From: Candidatus Omnitrophota bacterium
GTDB taxonomy: Bacteria; Omnitrophota; Gorgyraeia; Pluralincolimonadales; Pluralincolimonadaceae
Reading direction: 5' to 3'
NCBI GenBank assembly: GCA_028716565.1
Contig: JAQUPL010000003.1
Coordinates: 1,473-65,472 of the forward strand
Length of the DNA: 64,000 nt
Shown here: piece after piece, positions 28,012-38,307 of the stretch
How the letters are laid out: every line of letters begins with the position of its first letter
Position numbering within the stretch: position 1 is the stretch's first letter
Notes under the pieces: model-generated
What the model was told of the DNA's origin: nothing
Databases searched by the model: none
Seen by the model: only the letters and a program-made list of their open reading frames with translations
Program-made: the position numbers and the translations under genes

Positions 28012-28913
28012 CTGAAAAAGTAAAAGAAGAAGTTTTGCTTACCACCGAGAACATCCCGCTTAAATTCTTCAAACGCGGGAAGGTCCGCGATATCTACGAG
28101 CTTGACGGCAAATTGCTTATCGTCGCGACCGACAGGATATCATGTTTCGACGTGGTATTGTCCGAAGGCATCCCTTATAAAGGGAAGGTCCTGACACAGA
28201 TATCCAAGTTCTGGTTTGATTACCTGAAAGAACAGAGCGAGAACCACGCGGTGACGTTCGACATGGAATCGCTGCGCGATAAACTCGGCGATTCGACGGA
28301 TATATTAAAGGACCGCTCGATGCTGGTGAAGAGGACCCGGCCGCTTCCGATAGAATGCGTGGTCAGGGGATACCTCTCAGGTTCGGGGTGGAGGGAATAC
28401 AAGGAGACCGGCGAGATATGCTGCATCAAACTGCCGAAGGGCCTCAAGGAATCCGACCAGCTGCCCGAGCCGATATTTACCCCCTCGACCAAGGAGGATA
28501 TCGGCCACGACCTGAACATCACCGAGTTCGGCGCGAGGAAGAAGCTCGGCGACAGGCTTTATGAGCTCGTAAAGGGCAAGGCGATAGCGATATACAAGAA
28601 GGCCGCGGAATACGCGGATTCGAAAGGGATAATAATCGCCGACACGAAGTTCGAGTTCGGCGTTACCGAAGAGGGCAAGACGATACTTATCGATGAGGTC
28701 CTGACGCCGGATTCGTCGAGGTTCTGGCCAAAAGAGAAATACAAGCCGGGCGGGCCGCAGGCGAGTTTCGATAAGCAGTTCGTGCGGGATTATCTTGAAA
28801 GTTTAAATTGGCCCAAGGCCCCGCCGGCCCCTCACCTGCCCGAGGATATCATCAAAAAGACCAGCAAGAAGTATCTGGAGGCCTTAAGGAAATTAACCGA
28901 TAAGGAGCTCTAA
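28008..28913 (+). CDS. purC: SAICAR synthetase
   Basis: ATG overlaps the purB stop (ATGA). KVRDIYELDGKLLIVATDRISCFD. Confidence 0.8.
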   Translation: MTEKVKEEVLLTTENIPLKFFKRGKVRDIYELDGKLLIVATDRISCFDVVLSEGIPYKGKVLTQISKFWFDYLKEQSENHAVTFDMESLRDKLGDSTDILKDRSMLVKRTRPLPIECVVRGYLSGSGWREYKETGEICCIKLPKGLKESDQLPEPIFTPSTKEDIGHDLNITEFGARKKLGDRLYELVKGKAIAIYKKAAEYADSKGIIIADTKFEFGVTEEGKTILIDEVLTPDSSRFWPKEKYKPGGPQASFDKQFVRDYLESLNWPKAPPAPHLPEDIIKKTSKKYLEALRKLTDKEL

Positions 28914-31805
28914 GTGCTGTGGCGCGTTGAAGTATGCGATAGGAACAACGGCTTCGACTCCGGCGTCAAGAGGGATATAGAGGACCTGGGAATAAAAGGC
29001 GTCGAAACGGTCGAGGTCGCGCAGGTATATATAATCGAAGGCAATGTTTCCCGGTCCGGGATAAAGAGGATCGCAGGGGAATTGCTTACCGACCCTGTTA
29101 CCCAGGTTTATTCATTCAGGTCGAGCCCCATAACCGGCAGGAATGACCGGGCGAAGAATAAGGCCGTCGTCGAGGTGGCCTATAACGCCGGGGTGATGGA
29201 CCCGGTCGAGGAGAGCGTGAGGAAAGGCATCCTCGATCTCGGCGTAAAAGGCGTCGAGTCGGTAAAGACAGCAAAAAAATATATCATTAACGGGAATGTG
29301 TCCGGGAGCCGGCTTAAGACGATAAGCGAAAAGCTCCTTTTCAATAAGGTCATCCAGCATATCGTCACCGGTCCGGATTCCTATAACTTTAAAAACCCTC
29401 CGCAATACCATTTTAAATTTACAACGGTAGGCCTCTCGGGCTCTTCTGATAAAGGTCTCGAGAATATAAGCAAGAAAGGCCAATTATTCCTGGATCTCAC
29501 CGAGATGCGCAGGATAAAGGAGTATTTTACCGTCCTCGGGCGCGAGCCGGCCGATGTCGAGCTTGAGACGCTCGCGCAGACGTGGTCCGAGCATTGCGGC
29601 CACAAGACATTCCGAGGCCTGATAGATTACGAGTCCGGCGGAAAAAGGCGCTTCATAAACAACCTCCTTAAAGAGACGATAATGAAAGCGACCGCCGAGC
29701 TCAAGAAGCCGTGGTGCGTCTCGGTATTCAAGGATAATTCCGGGGTCATAAGATTTAACAATAGATATAACGTCTGCTTCAAGGCCGAGACGCATAACCA
29801 TCCGTCGGCGATAGAACCGTACGGCGGCGCGAATACGGGCTTGGGCGGCGTCATACGCGACCCGCTCGGCACCGGCCTAGGCGCGAAGCCGATCTTAAAT
29901 ACCGACGTATTCTGCTTCGGCGAGCCTGATTACGCTTTTAACCGCCTGCCGAAGGGCGTCCTTCACCCTAAGAGAGTGATGAAGGGCGTGGTCGCCGGCG
30001 TGCGCGATTACGGCAACAAGATGGGCATACCGACGGTCAACGGCGCGGTGCTCTTTGACAACAGGTACCTCGGCAATCCCCTGGTCTATTGCGGGAATGT
30101 CGGCATTATGCCGAAAGAAAAGTCTTTTAAAGAGGTTGAGAGCGGGGACATGGTCGTCCTCGTGGGAGGGAAGACCGGCCGCGACGGTATACACGGCGCG
30201 ACATTCTCGTCCGGGGAATTGACCTCGGAGTCGGAGCAGGTCTCAGCGCAGGCGGTCCAGATCGGAAATCCCATCGAGGAAAAAAAGATGGCCGATTGTA
30301 TCCTGAAGGCGCGCGACCTGGGCCTGTATGACGCGATAACAGATTGCGGCGGCGGCGGGCTGTCGAGCGCGGTAGGCGAGATGGGCGAGAAGACCGGCGT
30401 CAGGATCGACCTCGACAGGATACCGCTCAAATACGAGGGGCTGACCTATACCGAGATATGGATATCAGAGGCGCAGGAGAGGATGGTCCTCTCGGTGCCG
30501 AAGAACAAAGTAAAAAGACTGCTCGAGGTCTTCGAAAGAGAGGATGTCGAGGCGACGGTGATCGGCGAGTTTACCCGCACGAAAAAACTGGAACTTTTTT
30601 ATAAAAGGAACAAGGTCTGCGACCTCGATATGAAATTCCTGCACGACGGCCTGCCGAAGACCGTAAGGAAGGCGAGATGGAACAGGCCGAAGCGCGCCGA
30701 GCCGCGGTTCGCGTGCCCGAAGGACCTGACCCCGTCGCTCTTAAGGATATTATCCGACTGGAACGTCTGCAGCAAGGAATGGATAATAAGGCAATATGAC
30801 CACGAGGTCCAGGCCGGCTCGGTCATAAAACCGCTTGTCGGCGTAAATAACGACGGGCCGTCCGACGCCGCGGTAGCCAGGCCTATATTAGATTCGGATA
30901 AAGGCGTGATAATATCGAACGGGATAAATCCGAGGTACGGAGAGATCGATCCGTACTGGATGGCGGCGTCGAATATCGACGAGGCGCTGAGGCAGATAAT
31001 TGCGGTAGGCGGCGACCTGAAAGAGGTGGCGCTCCTGGATAATTTCTGCTGGGGAGACACTGACCAGCCGTCGCAATTGGGCAGCCTCGTGAGGGCGGCC
31101 CAGGGTTGTTATGACATGTCGAAAGGTTTCCAGGCGCCTTTTATCTCGGGCAAAGACAGCCTTCATAATGAATATATCGTCGGCAAAAAACGCGTGTCGA
31201 TCCCCGGGACCCTGCTCATTTCGGCTATCAGCGTGGCGGATAACGTAAAGAAATGCATCACCATGGATTTCAAGGAAGCGGGCGACCTGATATATGTAGT
31301 CGGGATGACATATGACGAGCTCGGCGGTTCATATTATTATAAGGCCCGCGGGGTCCTCGGAAATTCCGTGCCGACCGTCAACGCGAAACGCAGCCGCGCG
31401 CTGATGGAGAGGTTGAGTCGCGCGATAAGAGCCGGCCTCGTGAACGCCTGCCACGATTGCTCGGAGGGCGGCATAGGGGTGGCGGCGGCCGAGATGGCGT
31501 TTGCCGGAGGGTTCGGCGCCGAGATAAAACTGGAAAAAGCGCCTTTCAAGGTAAAATACGGCGCGCGAGGGAAGAAGCGCGACGACATCATATTATTTTC
31601 GGAGTCGAATACCCGTTTCATCGTCGGCGTCAGCCCGGAAAAAAAGAAGAGGTTCGAGAAGGCGATGAGGGCCGCGGCTATCGGGCTCATAGGCGGTGTC
31701 CTCGAGGAGAAATATTTTACGGTCTACGGCGCCGAAGGGGATATCGTCGTCAGGACTGACCGAAAAGAACTGAAGGAGGCCTGGCAGAGGCCGTTAAGAT
31801 GGTAG
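28914..31805 (+). CDS. purL: FGAM synthase II (PurL) with two tandem N-terminal PurS domains fused
   Basis: GTG start right after the purC stop. Residues 1-75 and 85-160 are two PurS-like repeats. The PurL body follows (ETHNHPSAIEPYGGANTG...). Confidence 0.8.
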   Translation: MLWRVEVCDRNNGFDSGVKRDIEDLGIKGVETVEVAQVYIIEGNVSRSGIKRIAGELLTDPVTQVYSFRSSPITGRNDRAKNKAVVEVAYNAGVMDPVEESVRKGILDLGVKGVESVKTAKKYIINGNVSGSRLKTISEKLLFNKVIQHIVTGPDSYNFKNPPQYHFKFTTVGLSGSSDKGLENISKKGQLFLDLTEMRRIKEYFTVLGREPADVELETLAQTWSEHCGHKTFRGLIDYESGGKRRFINNLLKETIMKATAELKKPWCVSVFKDNSGVIRFNNRYNVCFKAETHNHPSAIEPYGGANTGLGGVIRDPLGTGLGAKPILNTDVFCFGEPDYAFNRLPKGVLHPKRVMKGVVAGVRDYGNKMGIPTVNGAVLFDNRYLGNPLVYCGNVGIMPKEKSFKEVESGDMVVLVGGKTGRDGIHGATFSSGELTSESEQVSAQAVQIGNPIEEKKMADCILKARDLGLYDAITDCGGGGLSSAVGEMGEKTGVRIDLDRIPLKYEGLTYTEIWISEAQERMVLSVPKNKVKRLLEVFEREDVEATVIGEFTRTKKLELFYKRNKVCDLDMKFLHDGLPKTVRKARWNRPKRAEPRFACPKDLTPSLLRILSDWNVCSKEWIIRQYDHEVQAGSVIKPLVGVNNDGPSDAAVARPILDSDKGVIISNGINPRYGEIDPYWMAASNIDEALRQIIAVGGDLKEVALLDNFCWGDTDQPSQLGSLVRAAQGCYDMSKGFQAPFISGKDSLHNEYIVGKKRVSIPGTLLISAISVADNVKKCITMDFKEAGDLIYVVGMTYDELGGSYYYKARGVLGNSVPTVNAKRSRALMERLSRAIRAGLVNACHDCSEGGIGVAAAEMAFAGGFGAEIKLEKAPFKVKYGARGKKRDDIILFSESNTRFIVGVSPEKKKRFEKAMRAAAIGLIGGVLEEKYFTVYGAEGDIVVRTDRKELKEAWQRPLRW

Positions 31806-32608
31806 CGATAAAGAGAAGGCCGAAGGTCATAGTCCTCCGCGCGGCCGGGACGAATTGCGATGAGGAGACGGCTTTCGCGTTCGAACACGCCGGCGCGAGA
31901 TCCGAAGCCGTTCATATAAACCAGCTTGTCAGCGGAGAGAAGAAGCTGCGCGACTACCATATCATGGCCGTGCCGGGCGGGTTCACTTACGGCGACGACG
32001 TCGGTTCGGGAAAGATACTCGCGAACGAATTAAAATACAAATTGGCCGGGGACCTCGGGAAATTCGTGGGCGCCGGAAAACTTATAATCGGTATATGCAA
32101 TGGTTTCCAGGTCCTCGTAAAGGCGGGCCTTCTGCCGGGAAAGGGAGTAAACGGCGAGCAGCTGGAAGCGACGCTTACGACTAACGACACGGCGCGCTAT
32201 GAGGACAGGTGGGTCTATCTTAAGGCCGCCAAGGGGCTGAACATCGGATTCCGGAACAAGTGCGTTTGGACCGGTGGCATCGAACGCATGATATATGTGC
32301 CCGCCGCGCACGGCGAAGGAAAATTCATCCCGAAGGACGACGAGGTCCTGGGGAAATTATGGGCGAACGGGCAGGTTGTTTTCAGGTATGCCGACCCGTA
32401 CGGCAAGCTCGCCGGGTTCCCTTGGAACCCCAACGGGTCGGTCGATGACATAGCCGGCGTGTGCGACATCACCGGCAGGATATTCGGGCTTATGCCGCAT
32501 CCGGAGAGGCATCTATTCGCTTCCCAGCACCCGCGCTGGACGCGCGGCGAGGCGCAGAGGGAAGGGGATGGGGTGAGTATTTTCAGGAACGGGGTAAAAA
32601 ATGTCTAG
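31799..32608 (+). CDS. purQ: FGAM synthase glutaminase subunit
   Basis: VLRAAGTNCDEETAFAFEHAG. Catalytic GICNGFQVL. HPER. Confidence 0.8.
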   Translation: MVAIKRRPKVIVLRAAGTNCDEETAFAFEHAGARSEAVHINQLVSGEKKLRDYHIMAVPGGFTYGDDVGSGKILANELKYKLAGDLGKFVGAGKLIIGICNGFQVLVKAGLLPGKGVNGEQLEATLTTNDTARYEDRWVYLKAAKGLNIGFRNKCVWTGGIERMIYVPAAHGEGKFIPKDDEVLGKLWANGQVVFRYADPYGKLAGFPWNPNGSVDDIAGVCDITGRIFGLMPHPERHLFASQHPRWTRGEAQREGDGVSIFRNGVKNV

Positions 32609-32616
32609 AGGTGAAA

Positions 32617-34014
32617 ATGGGCGATAAGATCAAACACCACTGCGGACTGTTCGGCGTCTACGGGCACAAGGACGCGGCGCGGCTTACATATCTCGGACTG
32701 TATGCGCTACAGCACCGCGGGGAGGAGTCCGCAGGTATAGCGTCTTTCGACGGCGAAACGCATTTACACAAAGGGATGGGCCTGGTCCCGGAAGTCTTCA
32801 ACGAAGGGATCCTGGCCGGCCTGAAAGGCGACATCGCGATAGGCCATGTCAGGTATTCGACCACCGGGTCGACGACGCTGAAGAACGCGCAGCCGGTCGT
32901 GGTTGATTATTCCCGCGGCACAGTGGCTGTCGGACACAACGGCAACCTCGTCAACGGCGCGCGCCTGCGCGACGAGCTCGAGGCCCGCGGCTCGATATTC
33001 CAGACGACTCTCGATTCGGAGATAATAATACACCTGTTAGCGCGGCCAGAGCACAAAAATTTCGAGGAAGGGCTTGTCTATACTCTCAAGCAGCTGAAAG
33101 GCGCCTTCTCGCTCGTAATGATGAAAGAGGATATGCTCGTCGGGGTCCGCGACCCGCATGGCTGGAGGCCGCTCTGCCTCGGGAAACTCGGCGACGCATA
33201 CGTATTGGCCAGCGAGACGACGGCACTCGACCTTATCGAGGCGGAATTCGTCCGCGAGATCGAGCCGGGAGAGGTCTTGTATATCACGAAGAAAGGCCTG
33301 CGCTCGACCAAGCCGTTCGGCGAGAGCAAGAAGGTATCGCATTGCATATTCGAGCATGTTTATTTCGCGAGGCCGGATTCTTTCATCTTCGGCGAGTCGG
33401 TCCACCTGGTACGGCAGAGGCTCGGCCACAGGCTCGCGCAGGAGCATCCGGTAGAGGCGGACCTCATCATCCCGGTGCCGGACTCGGGCACGCCGGCCGC
33501 GCTCGGCCTTTCGCACGAGTCGGGGATACCGCTAGAGATGGGCATAATAAGGAACCATTACATAGGCAGGACGTTCATCCAGCCGCTGCAGCATATACGC
33601 GATTTCAGCGTAAAGATAAAATTGAACCCGATAAAGGCGCTCCTGAAGGACAAGAAGGTGATCGTCGTCGACGATTCGATCGTCCGCGGGACGACCTCGC
33701 GCGCGAGGATCAAGAAACTTTATGACGCGGGCGCGAAAGAGGTCCATATGAGGATATCGTGCCCGCCGATAAAACACCCGTGTTTTTACGGGATAGATTT
33801 CCCGACCAAGAAGGAGCTGATAGCGGCGACGCATACGATAGAAGAGATAAGGAAGTTCCTGGGAGTCACCACGCTCGGCTATCTTTCGGTCGAGGGGTTA
33901 TTGAGCTGCGTCTCATGCCCGGACAATTACTGCACCGCGTGTTATACCGGGGACTATCCGGTGCCGTTCGGCGGAGAGGCAAATAAATTCGCGACAGAAC
34001 ATAAAGGGTATTGA
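32617..34014 (+). CDS. purF: Amidophosphoribosyltransferase
   Basis: Propeptide MGDKIKHH, then Ntn Cys CGLFGVYGH. PRTase motif VIVVDDSIVRGTT. C-terminal Cys cluster. Confidence 0.8.
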   Translation: MGDKIKHHCGLFGVYGHKDAARLTYLGLYALQHRGEESAGIASFDGETHLHKGMGLVPEVFNEGILAGLKGDIAIGHVRYSTTGSTTLKNAQPVVVDYSRGTVAVGHNGNLVNGARLRDELEARGSIFQTTLDSEIIIHLLARPEHKNFEEGLVYTLKQLKGAFSLVMMKEDMLVGVRDPHGWRPLCLGKLGDAYVLASETTALDLIEAEFVREIEPGEVLYITKKGLRSTKPFGESKKVSHCIFEHVYFARPDSFIFGESVHLVRQRLGHRLAQEHPVEADLIIPVPDSGTPAALGLSHESGIPLEMGIIRNHYIGRTFIQPLQHIRDFSVKIKLNPIKALLKDKKVIVVDDSIVRGTTSRARIKKLYDAGAKEVHMRISCPPIKHPCFYGIDFPTKKELIAATHTIEEIRKFLGVTTLGYLSVEGLLSCVSCPDNYCTACYTGDYPVPFGGEANKFATEHKGY

Positions 34015-34015
34015 T

Positions 34016-35044
34016 ATGGGCCTTACGTATAAAAAAGCGGGCGTCGATATCCGCAAGGCGAGCCGTTTCGTCGAGGCGATAAAAAAGCACACGAAAGCGA
34101 CGGCGCGCAAAGGCGCGGACTGCAGGCTCGGCGGGTTCGGCGGGCTCTTCGATCTCAGGGCGGCGGGGTATAAAGACCCCGTACTCGTCTCGTCTACCGA
34201 CGGCGTAGGCACGAAACTGAAGATCGCCTTCCTGGCGGGCAAGCATGATACCGTCGGCATTGATATGGTCGCGATGAACGTCAATGACATCCTAACCTCG
34301 GGCGCCGAGCCGCTCTTCTTCCTTGATTATATCGCTACCGGAAAGATAGATAAAAAAGTACTGACCGATGTCATGAAGGGCATCGCCGAGGGATGCAGGC
34401 AGGCGGGTTGCGCGCTGATAGGCGGCGAGACCGCGGAGATGCCGGCGTTCTATAAAGAAGGGGAATATGACCTCGCCGGATTTTGCGTCGGGGCGGTCGA
34501 GAGGAAAGGGATAGTCGACAGTTCGAAGATGAAAGCCGGCGATATCGCAATAGGGCTCGCCTCGAACGGCCTGCATTCAAATGGGTATTCATTGGTCAGG
34601 AAAGTATTTTCACAGGCCGAGCAGAAGGCCCTTTCAAAAGAGCTGCTCCGTCCGACGAGGATATATGTCAAGCCCATATTGGAACTGAAGAAAAAGGCGG
34701 AGATAAAAGGCATCGCGCATATAACCGGCGGCGCCTATTTCGAGAAATTGCCGCGCATCGTCCCTAAGGACAAGACCCTGGTCATCGAGAAAGGCTCATG
34801 GGTAGTCCCGGAGATATTCAGGAGGATACAGCGGAAGGGGAAGATAGACGAGATAGAGATGTTCCGCACCTTCAATATGGGACTGGGGCTTATAATAGTT
34901 ATAGGGCCCCAGGATTGCGGCGAGGCCAGGAAGGTCTTCGCAAAATGGAAGATAGATTCGTGGATAGTCGGCTCGGTCGATAAAGGGAAGGCAGAGTCCC
35001 GCGCGAAACGAGGAGGCAAAGTAAGGATAATATGCGGGTTTTAG
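34016..35044 (+). CDS. purM: AIR synthetase
   Basis: YKKAGVDI...GGFGGLFDL. Confidence 0.8.
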   Translation: MGLTYKKAGVDIRKASRFVEAIKKHTKATARKGADCRLGGFGGLFDLRAAGYKDPVLVSSTDGVGTKLKIAFLAGKHDTVGIDMVAMNVNDILTSGAEPLFFLDYIATGKIDKKVLTDVMKGIAEGCRQAGCALIGGETAEMPAFYKEGEYDLAGFCVGAVERKGIVDSSKMKAGDIAIGLASNGLHSNGYSLVRKVFSQAEQKALSKELLRPTRIYVKPILELKKKAEIKGIAHITGGAYFEKLPRIVPKDKTLVIEKGSWVVPEIFRRIQRKGKIDEIEMFRTFNMGLGLIIVIGPQDCGEARKVFAKWKIDSWIVGSVDKGKAESRAKRGGKVRIICGF

Positions 35045-36306
35045 TGGTCGGTTCGGGCGGGAGGGAGCACGCGCTCGCCTGGAAGATAAGGCAGTCGCCG
35101 TTGGTCGACAAAGTATTCTGCGCGCCGGGGAACGGCGGGATATCGCAGATCGCCGAATGCGTCGACATAAAAGCCGATGACATAGCCGCCCTGACAGCTT
35201 TCGCCTCTAGGAATAAGATGGACCTTACCGTCGTAGGGCCTGAGGCGCCGCTCTCTGGCGGTATAGTGGATAAATTCTGCGCGAACGGCCTCAGGGTATT
35301 TGGTCCGTCAAAGGAGGCTGCGCGGCTCGAGTCGAGCAAGGTCTTCATGAAAGAGCTCGCGAAAAAATACGGCATCCCGACCGCGAAATTCGAGGTTTTC
35401 ACCGACAGCGATGCCGCGAAAAAATACATAAAAGGATTTAAGGGCAGGTTTGTCGTGAAAGCGGACGGGCTCGCCGCAGGAAAAGGCGTAGTCGTTTGTT
35501 CTGAAAAAGACGAAGGAATCGCCGCGGTGGAGGCGATGATGGAGCGTAAGATATTCAAGGACGCGGGCAAAAAAGTGGTGATCGAGGAATGCCTCGAAGG
35601 CGAAGAGGCGTCTATTATAGTCGTCACTGACGGGAAAGATGCCGTCCCTCTCGCCTCGGCGCAGGACCACAAGAGGATATTTGACGGGGACAAAGGCCCG
35701 AATACCGGCGGTATGGGCGCGTATTCGCCCGCGCCTGTCGTCCCGGAAGCGACAATGGATGCGGTGATGAAAGATATAATCAAGCCGGCGATAGAAGGGT
35801 TGCGCAAAGAGGGAATAAAATATACCGGCGCCCTGTACGCGGGGCTGATGATAGACGGCTCCGGGCCGAAACTGCTCGAGTTCAACTGCAGGTTCGGAGA
35901 TCCCGAGACCCAGGCGATACTTCCCCGCCTAAAAAGCGATTTCGTCGAATTGGTCGAGGCCTCGGTGGACGATGAGATAGATATTGCCTTGCTCGAGTGG
36001 GACGCGAGGCCGTGCGTCTCGGTGGTGCTCTCTTCGGGCGGGTATCCGGGGGAATATAAGACGGGTTTCGAGATCGAGGGGCTGGACGCCTTGGAAAAAA
36101 TGAAAGATGTCCACATCTTCCATGCCGGCACGAAGATGGCCGACGGGAAGATCGTGACCGCGGGCGGCCGGGTCCTTAGCGTGACGGCGCTCGGCCCGGA
36201 CATAAAAGAGGCGATAGAAAGATGTTATAACGCCGTAAATTTCATAGAGTTCGAGGGGATGCATTTCAGAAGGGATATAGGCTACAGGGCGCTAAACAGG
36301 AGATAA
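35032..36306 (+). CDS. purD: GAR synthetase
   Basis: MRVLVVGSGGREHALAWK. Confidence 0.85.
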   Translation: MRVLVVGSGGREHALAWKIRQSPLVDKVFCAPGNGGISQIAECVDIKADDIAALTAFASRNKMDLTVVGPEAPLSGGIVDKFCANGLRVFGPSKEAARLESSKVFMKELAKKYGIPTAKFEVFTDSDAAKKYIKGFKGRFVVKADGLAAGKGVVVCSEKDEGIAAVEAMMERKIFKDAGKKVVIEECLEGEEASIIVVTDGKDAVPLASAQDHKRIFDGDKGPNTGGMGAYSPAPVVPEATMDAVMKDIIKPAIEGLRKEGIKYTGALYAGLMIDGSGPKLLEFNCRFGDPETQAILPRLKSDFVELVEASVDDEIDIALLEWDARPCVSVVLSSGGYPGEYKTGFEIEGLDALEKMKDVHIFHAGTKMADGKIVTAGGRVLSVTALGPDIKEAIERCYNAVNFIEFEGMHFRRDIGYRALNRR

Positions 36307-36312
36307 AAGAAA

Positions 36313-36807
36313 ATGACGAACCCGAGGATCGCGGTCATATTAGGTTCAGATTCAGACCTTCCGGCGATGGAAGAGGGGCTTAAGGTATTGAAGGATTTTA
36401 AAGTGGCTTTTGAGCTTAAGATAATGTCCGCCCACAGGAGCCCGGACCTGGTGCATGATTTTGCGAGGTCGGCGGAGAAGAAAGGCATAAAGGTCGTAAT
36501 AGCCGCCGCCGGCGGAGCCGCGCACCTGGCCGGCGTCATCGCGTCCCTCACTAGACTGCCGGTCGTTGGCGTCCCGATGGAGACGAGCAGCCTTAACGGG
36601 ATGGATTCCCTCTTCTCGACGGTGCAGATGCCTTACGGCGTCCCGGTCGCGACGATGGCGATAGGAAAATCAGGCGCGAGGAACGCTTCTATATTTGCGC
36701 TGCAGATCCTGGCCCTAAGCGACAAGAAGATCGCCGGGGAGCTCAACGCCTTCAAGAGAAGGCTTGAGGCCGACGTAATAGCGAAGAATAAAAAACTGAA
36801 AATATGA
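36313..36807 (+). CDS. purE: N5-CAIR mutase
   Basis: PRIAVILGSDSDLPAMEEG. Confidence 0.8.
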   Translation: MTNPRIAVILGSDSDLPAMEEGLKVLKDFKVAFELKIMSAHRSPDLVHDFARSAEKKGIKVVIAAAGGAAHLAGVIASLTRLPVVGVPMETSSLNGMDSLFSTVQMPYGVPVATMAIGKSGARNASIFALQILALSDKKIAGELNAFKRRLEADVIAKNKKLKI

Positions 36808-37403
36808 CGGAAGTCCTGCGCGTCAACGCTTCGAAGCCCGAAGCGGCGAAGATAAAGAAGGCGGCCGCGGAGCTTAAAAAGGGAGGGTTGGTAGTTTTCC
36901 CGACCGAGACTGTATACGGCCTCGGCGCGAGCCTCCTTGATAAGAGGGCGGTAGAGAAGATATACGAAATAAAGAAACGCCCGAAGAACAAGCCTCTTAC
37001 GGTGCACGTAGCCGATACGGCCTCGGTCAGGAAGATAGCCGGAAAGATACCGGCCGGCGCGGAAAGATTGATAAAAAAGTATTGGCCGGGCCCGTTGACG
37101 ATAATATTGAGGGACAGCCGCGGGAAAAAAACCGGTTTCAGGATGCCGGACAACAAGATCGCCTTCTGCCTGATAAAAAAAGCGGGCGTCCCGGTCGTCG
37201 CGCCCAGCGCGAACATATCGGGCAATAAACCGCCGACGAGCGCCGCGGAAGTATTACGCGACCTCGACGGTAAGGTCGATATCGTCATTGACGGCGGCAA
37301 GACGGCGATCGGCATCGAGTCTACGGTCGTAGACATGACCGGCCGCAGTCCCAAGGTATTGCGCGAAGGCGCGATACCGAAAGCGGAGATCGAGCGGATA
37401 TGA
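36804..37403 (+). CDS. tsaC: L-threonylcarbamoyladenylate synthase (YrdC/Sua5 family)
   Basis: GGLVVFPTETVYGLGA. ATGA overlap with purE. Confidence 0.75.
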   Translation: MTEVLRVNASKPEAAKIKKAAAELKKGGLVVFPTETVYGLGASLLDKRAVEKIYEIKKRPKNKPLTVHVADTASVRKIAGKIPAGAERLIKKYWPGPLTIILRDSRGKKTGFRMPDNKIAFCLIKKAGVPVVAPSANISGNKPPTSAAEVLRDLDGKVDIVIDGGKTAIGIESTVVDMTGRSPKVLREGAIPKAEIERI

Positions 37404-37873
37404 TAAAATCCGTATTGATGGTATGCACCGGAAATTCATGCCGCAGCGTCATGGCCGAGGGGCTTTTTAAAAAATGGCTCAAAGACCACGGCTGCGGCGA
37501 TGTCAGGGTCGCCTCGGCCGGGATAGCGACGATCCCCGGGATGATGGCAAGCTCGAACGCGATAGACGTGATGAAGAGGGAGCATGTGGACGTATCGTAC
37601 CACCGGGCGCAGGCCGTCTCCGGCCGCTTGATAGGGGAATACGACCTGATCCTGTGCATGGAGCCGGTGCACGTGGCGACGGTTACCGGGCTTTTGCCCG
37701 AAGCCGAGGGCAAGACGCACCTGCTTTTGGATTACGCCTATAGCGGCGACAGCGAGAAACCCAAAAACCTCAGGGTCGTCGACCCGATCGGAAAACCGAA
37801 AGAGGTCTATGAATCGGTCCTTATGACTTTAAAAGACGCGATAGAAAGGATAGGGAAGAAGATATGCGGATAG
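37400..37873 (+). CDS. Low-molecular-weight protein-tyrosine phosphatase
   Basis: P-loop VLMVCTGNSCRSVMAEG. Confidence 0.75.
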   Translation: MIKSVLMVCTGNSCRSVMAEGLFKKWLKDHGCGDVRVASAGIATIPGMMASSNAIDVMKREHVDVSYHRAQAVSGRLIGEYDLILCMEPVHVATVTGLLPEAEGKTHLLLDYAYSGDSEKPKNLRVVDPIGKPKEVYESVLMTLKDAIERIGKKICG

Positions 37874-38307
37874 CTATCGGCGCCGACCACGGCGGATTCG
37901 ATCTCAAAAACAAGGTCATAAAATACCTCAAGTCTAAAGGCTACGAGCTAAAAGATTTCGGTTGCTATACGCCGGAATCGTGCGATTATCCCAAATACGG
38001 GTTTCTTGTCTCGGAAGCGGTCGGGAAGAAGAAATTCCCGCGCGGGATATTAATATGCAAGAGCGGGATAGGCATGTCGATAGTTGCCAACAAGGCCCGC
38101 GGCGTGAGAGCCGCCCTCGTCTACAATATCGAGGACGCGCGCTCCTCCCGCGAGCACAATGACGCGAATGTCATAGTCTTCGGCTCGAGATCGATGAACA
38201 GTTATAAAGTGAAGAAGATATTGGACGTGTGGCTTTCGACGAGGAGGCTCGGCGGGAGGCACTTAAGGAGGGTAAAGCAGATATCCGACCTGGAGGAGAG
38301 TCAATGA
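37864..38307 (+). CDS. rpiB: Ribose-5-phosphate isomerase B
   Basis: [18 protein letters not shown]. Confidence 0.8.
   Translation: MRIAIGADHGGFDLKNKVIKYLKSKGYELKDFGCYTPESCDYPKYGFLVSEAVGKKKFPRGILICKSGIGMSIVANKARGVRAALVYNIEDARSSREHNDANVIVFGSRSMNSYKVKKILDVWLSTRRLGGRHLRRVKQISDLEESQ

Noticed and set aside
34899-36203. 434-aa minus-strand ORF antisense to purM/purD, and similar long minus-strand ORFs such as 20263..21237, 53828..54859 and 11375..11875
   Set aside because: They lie wholly antisense to well-supported, motif-bearing plus-strand genes in 60% GC DNA, where stop-free antisense frames are expected. They have no motifs and no RBS.
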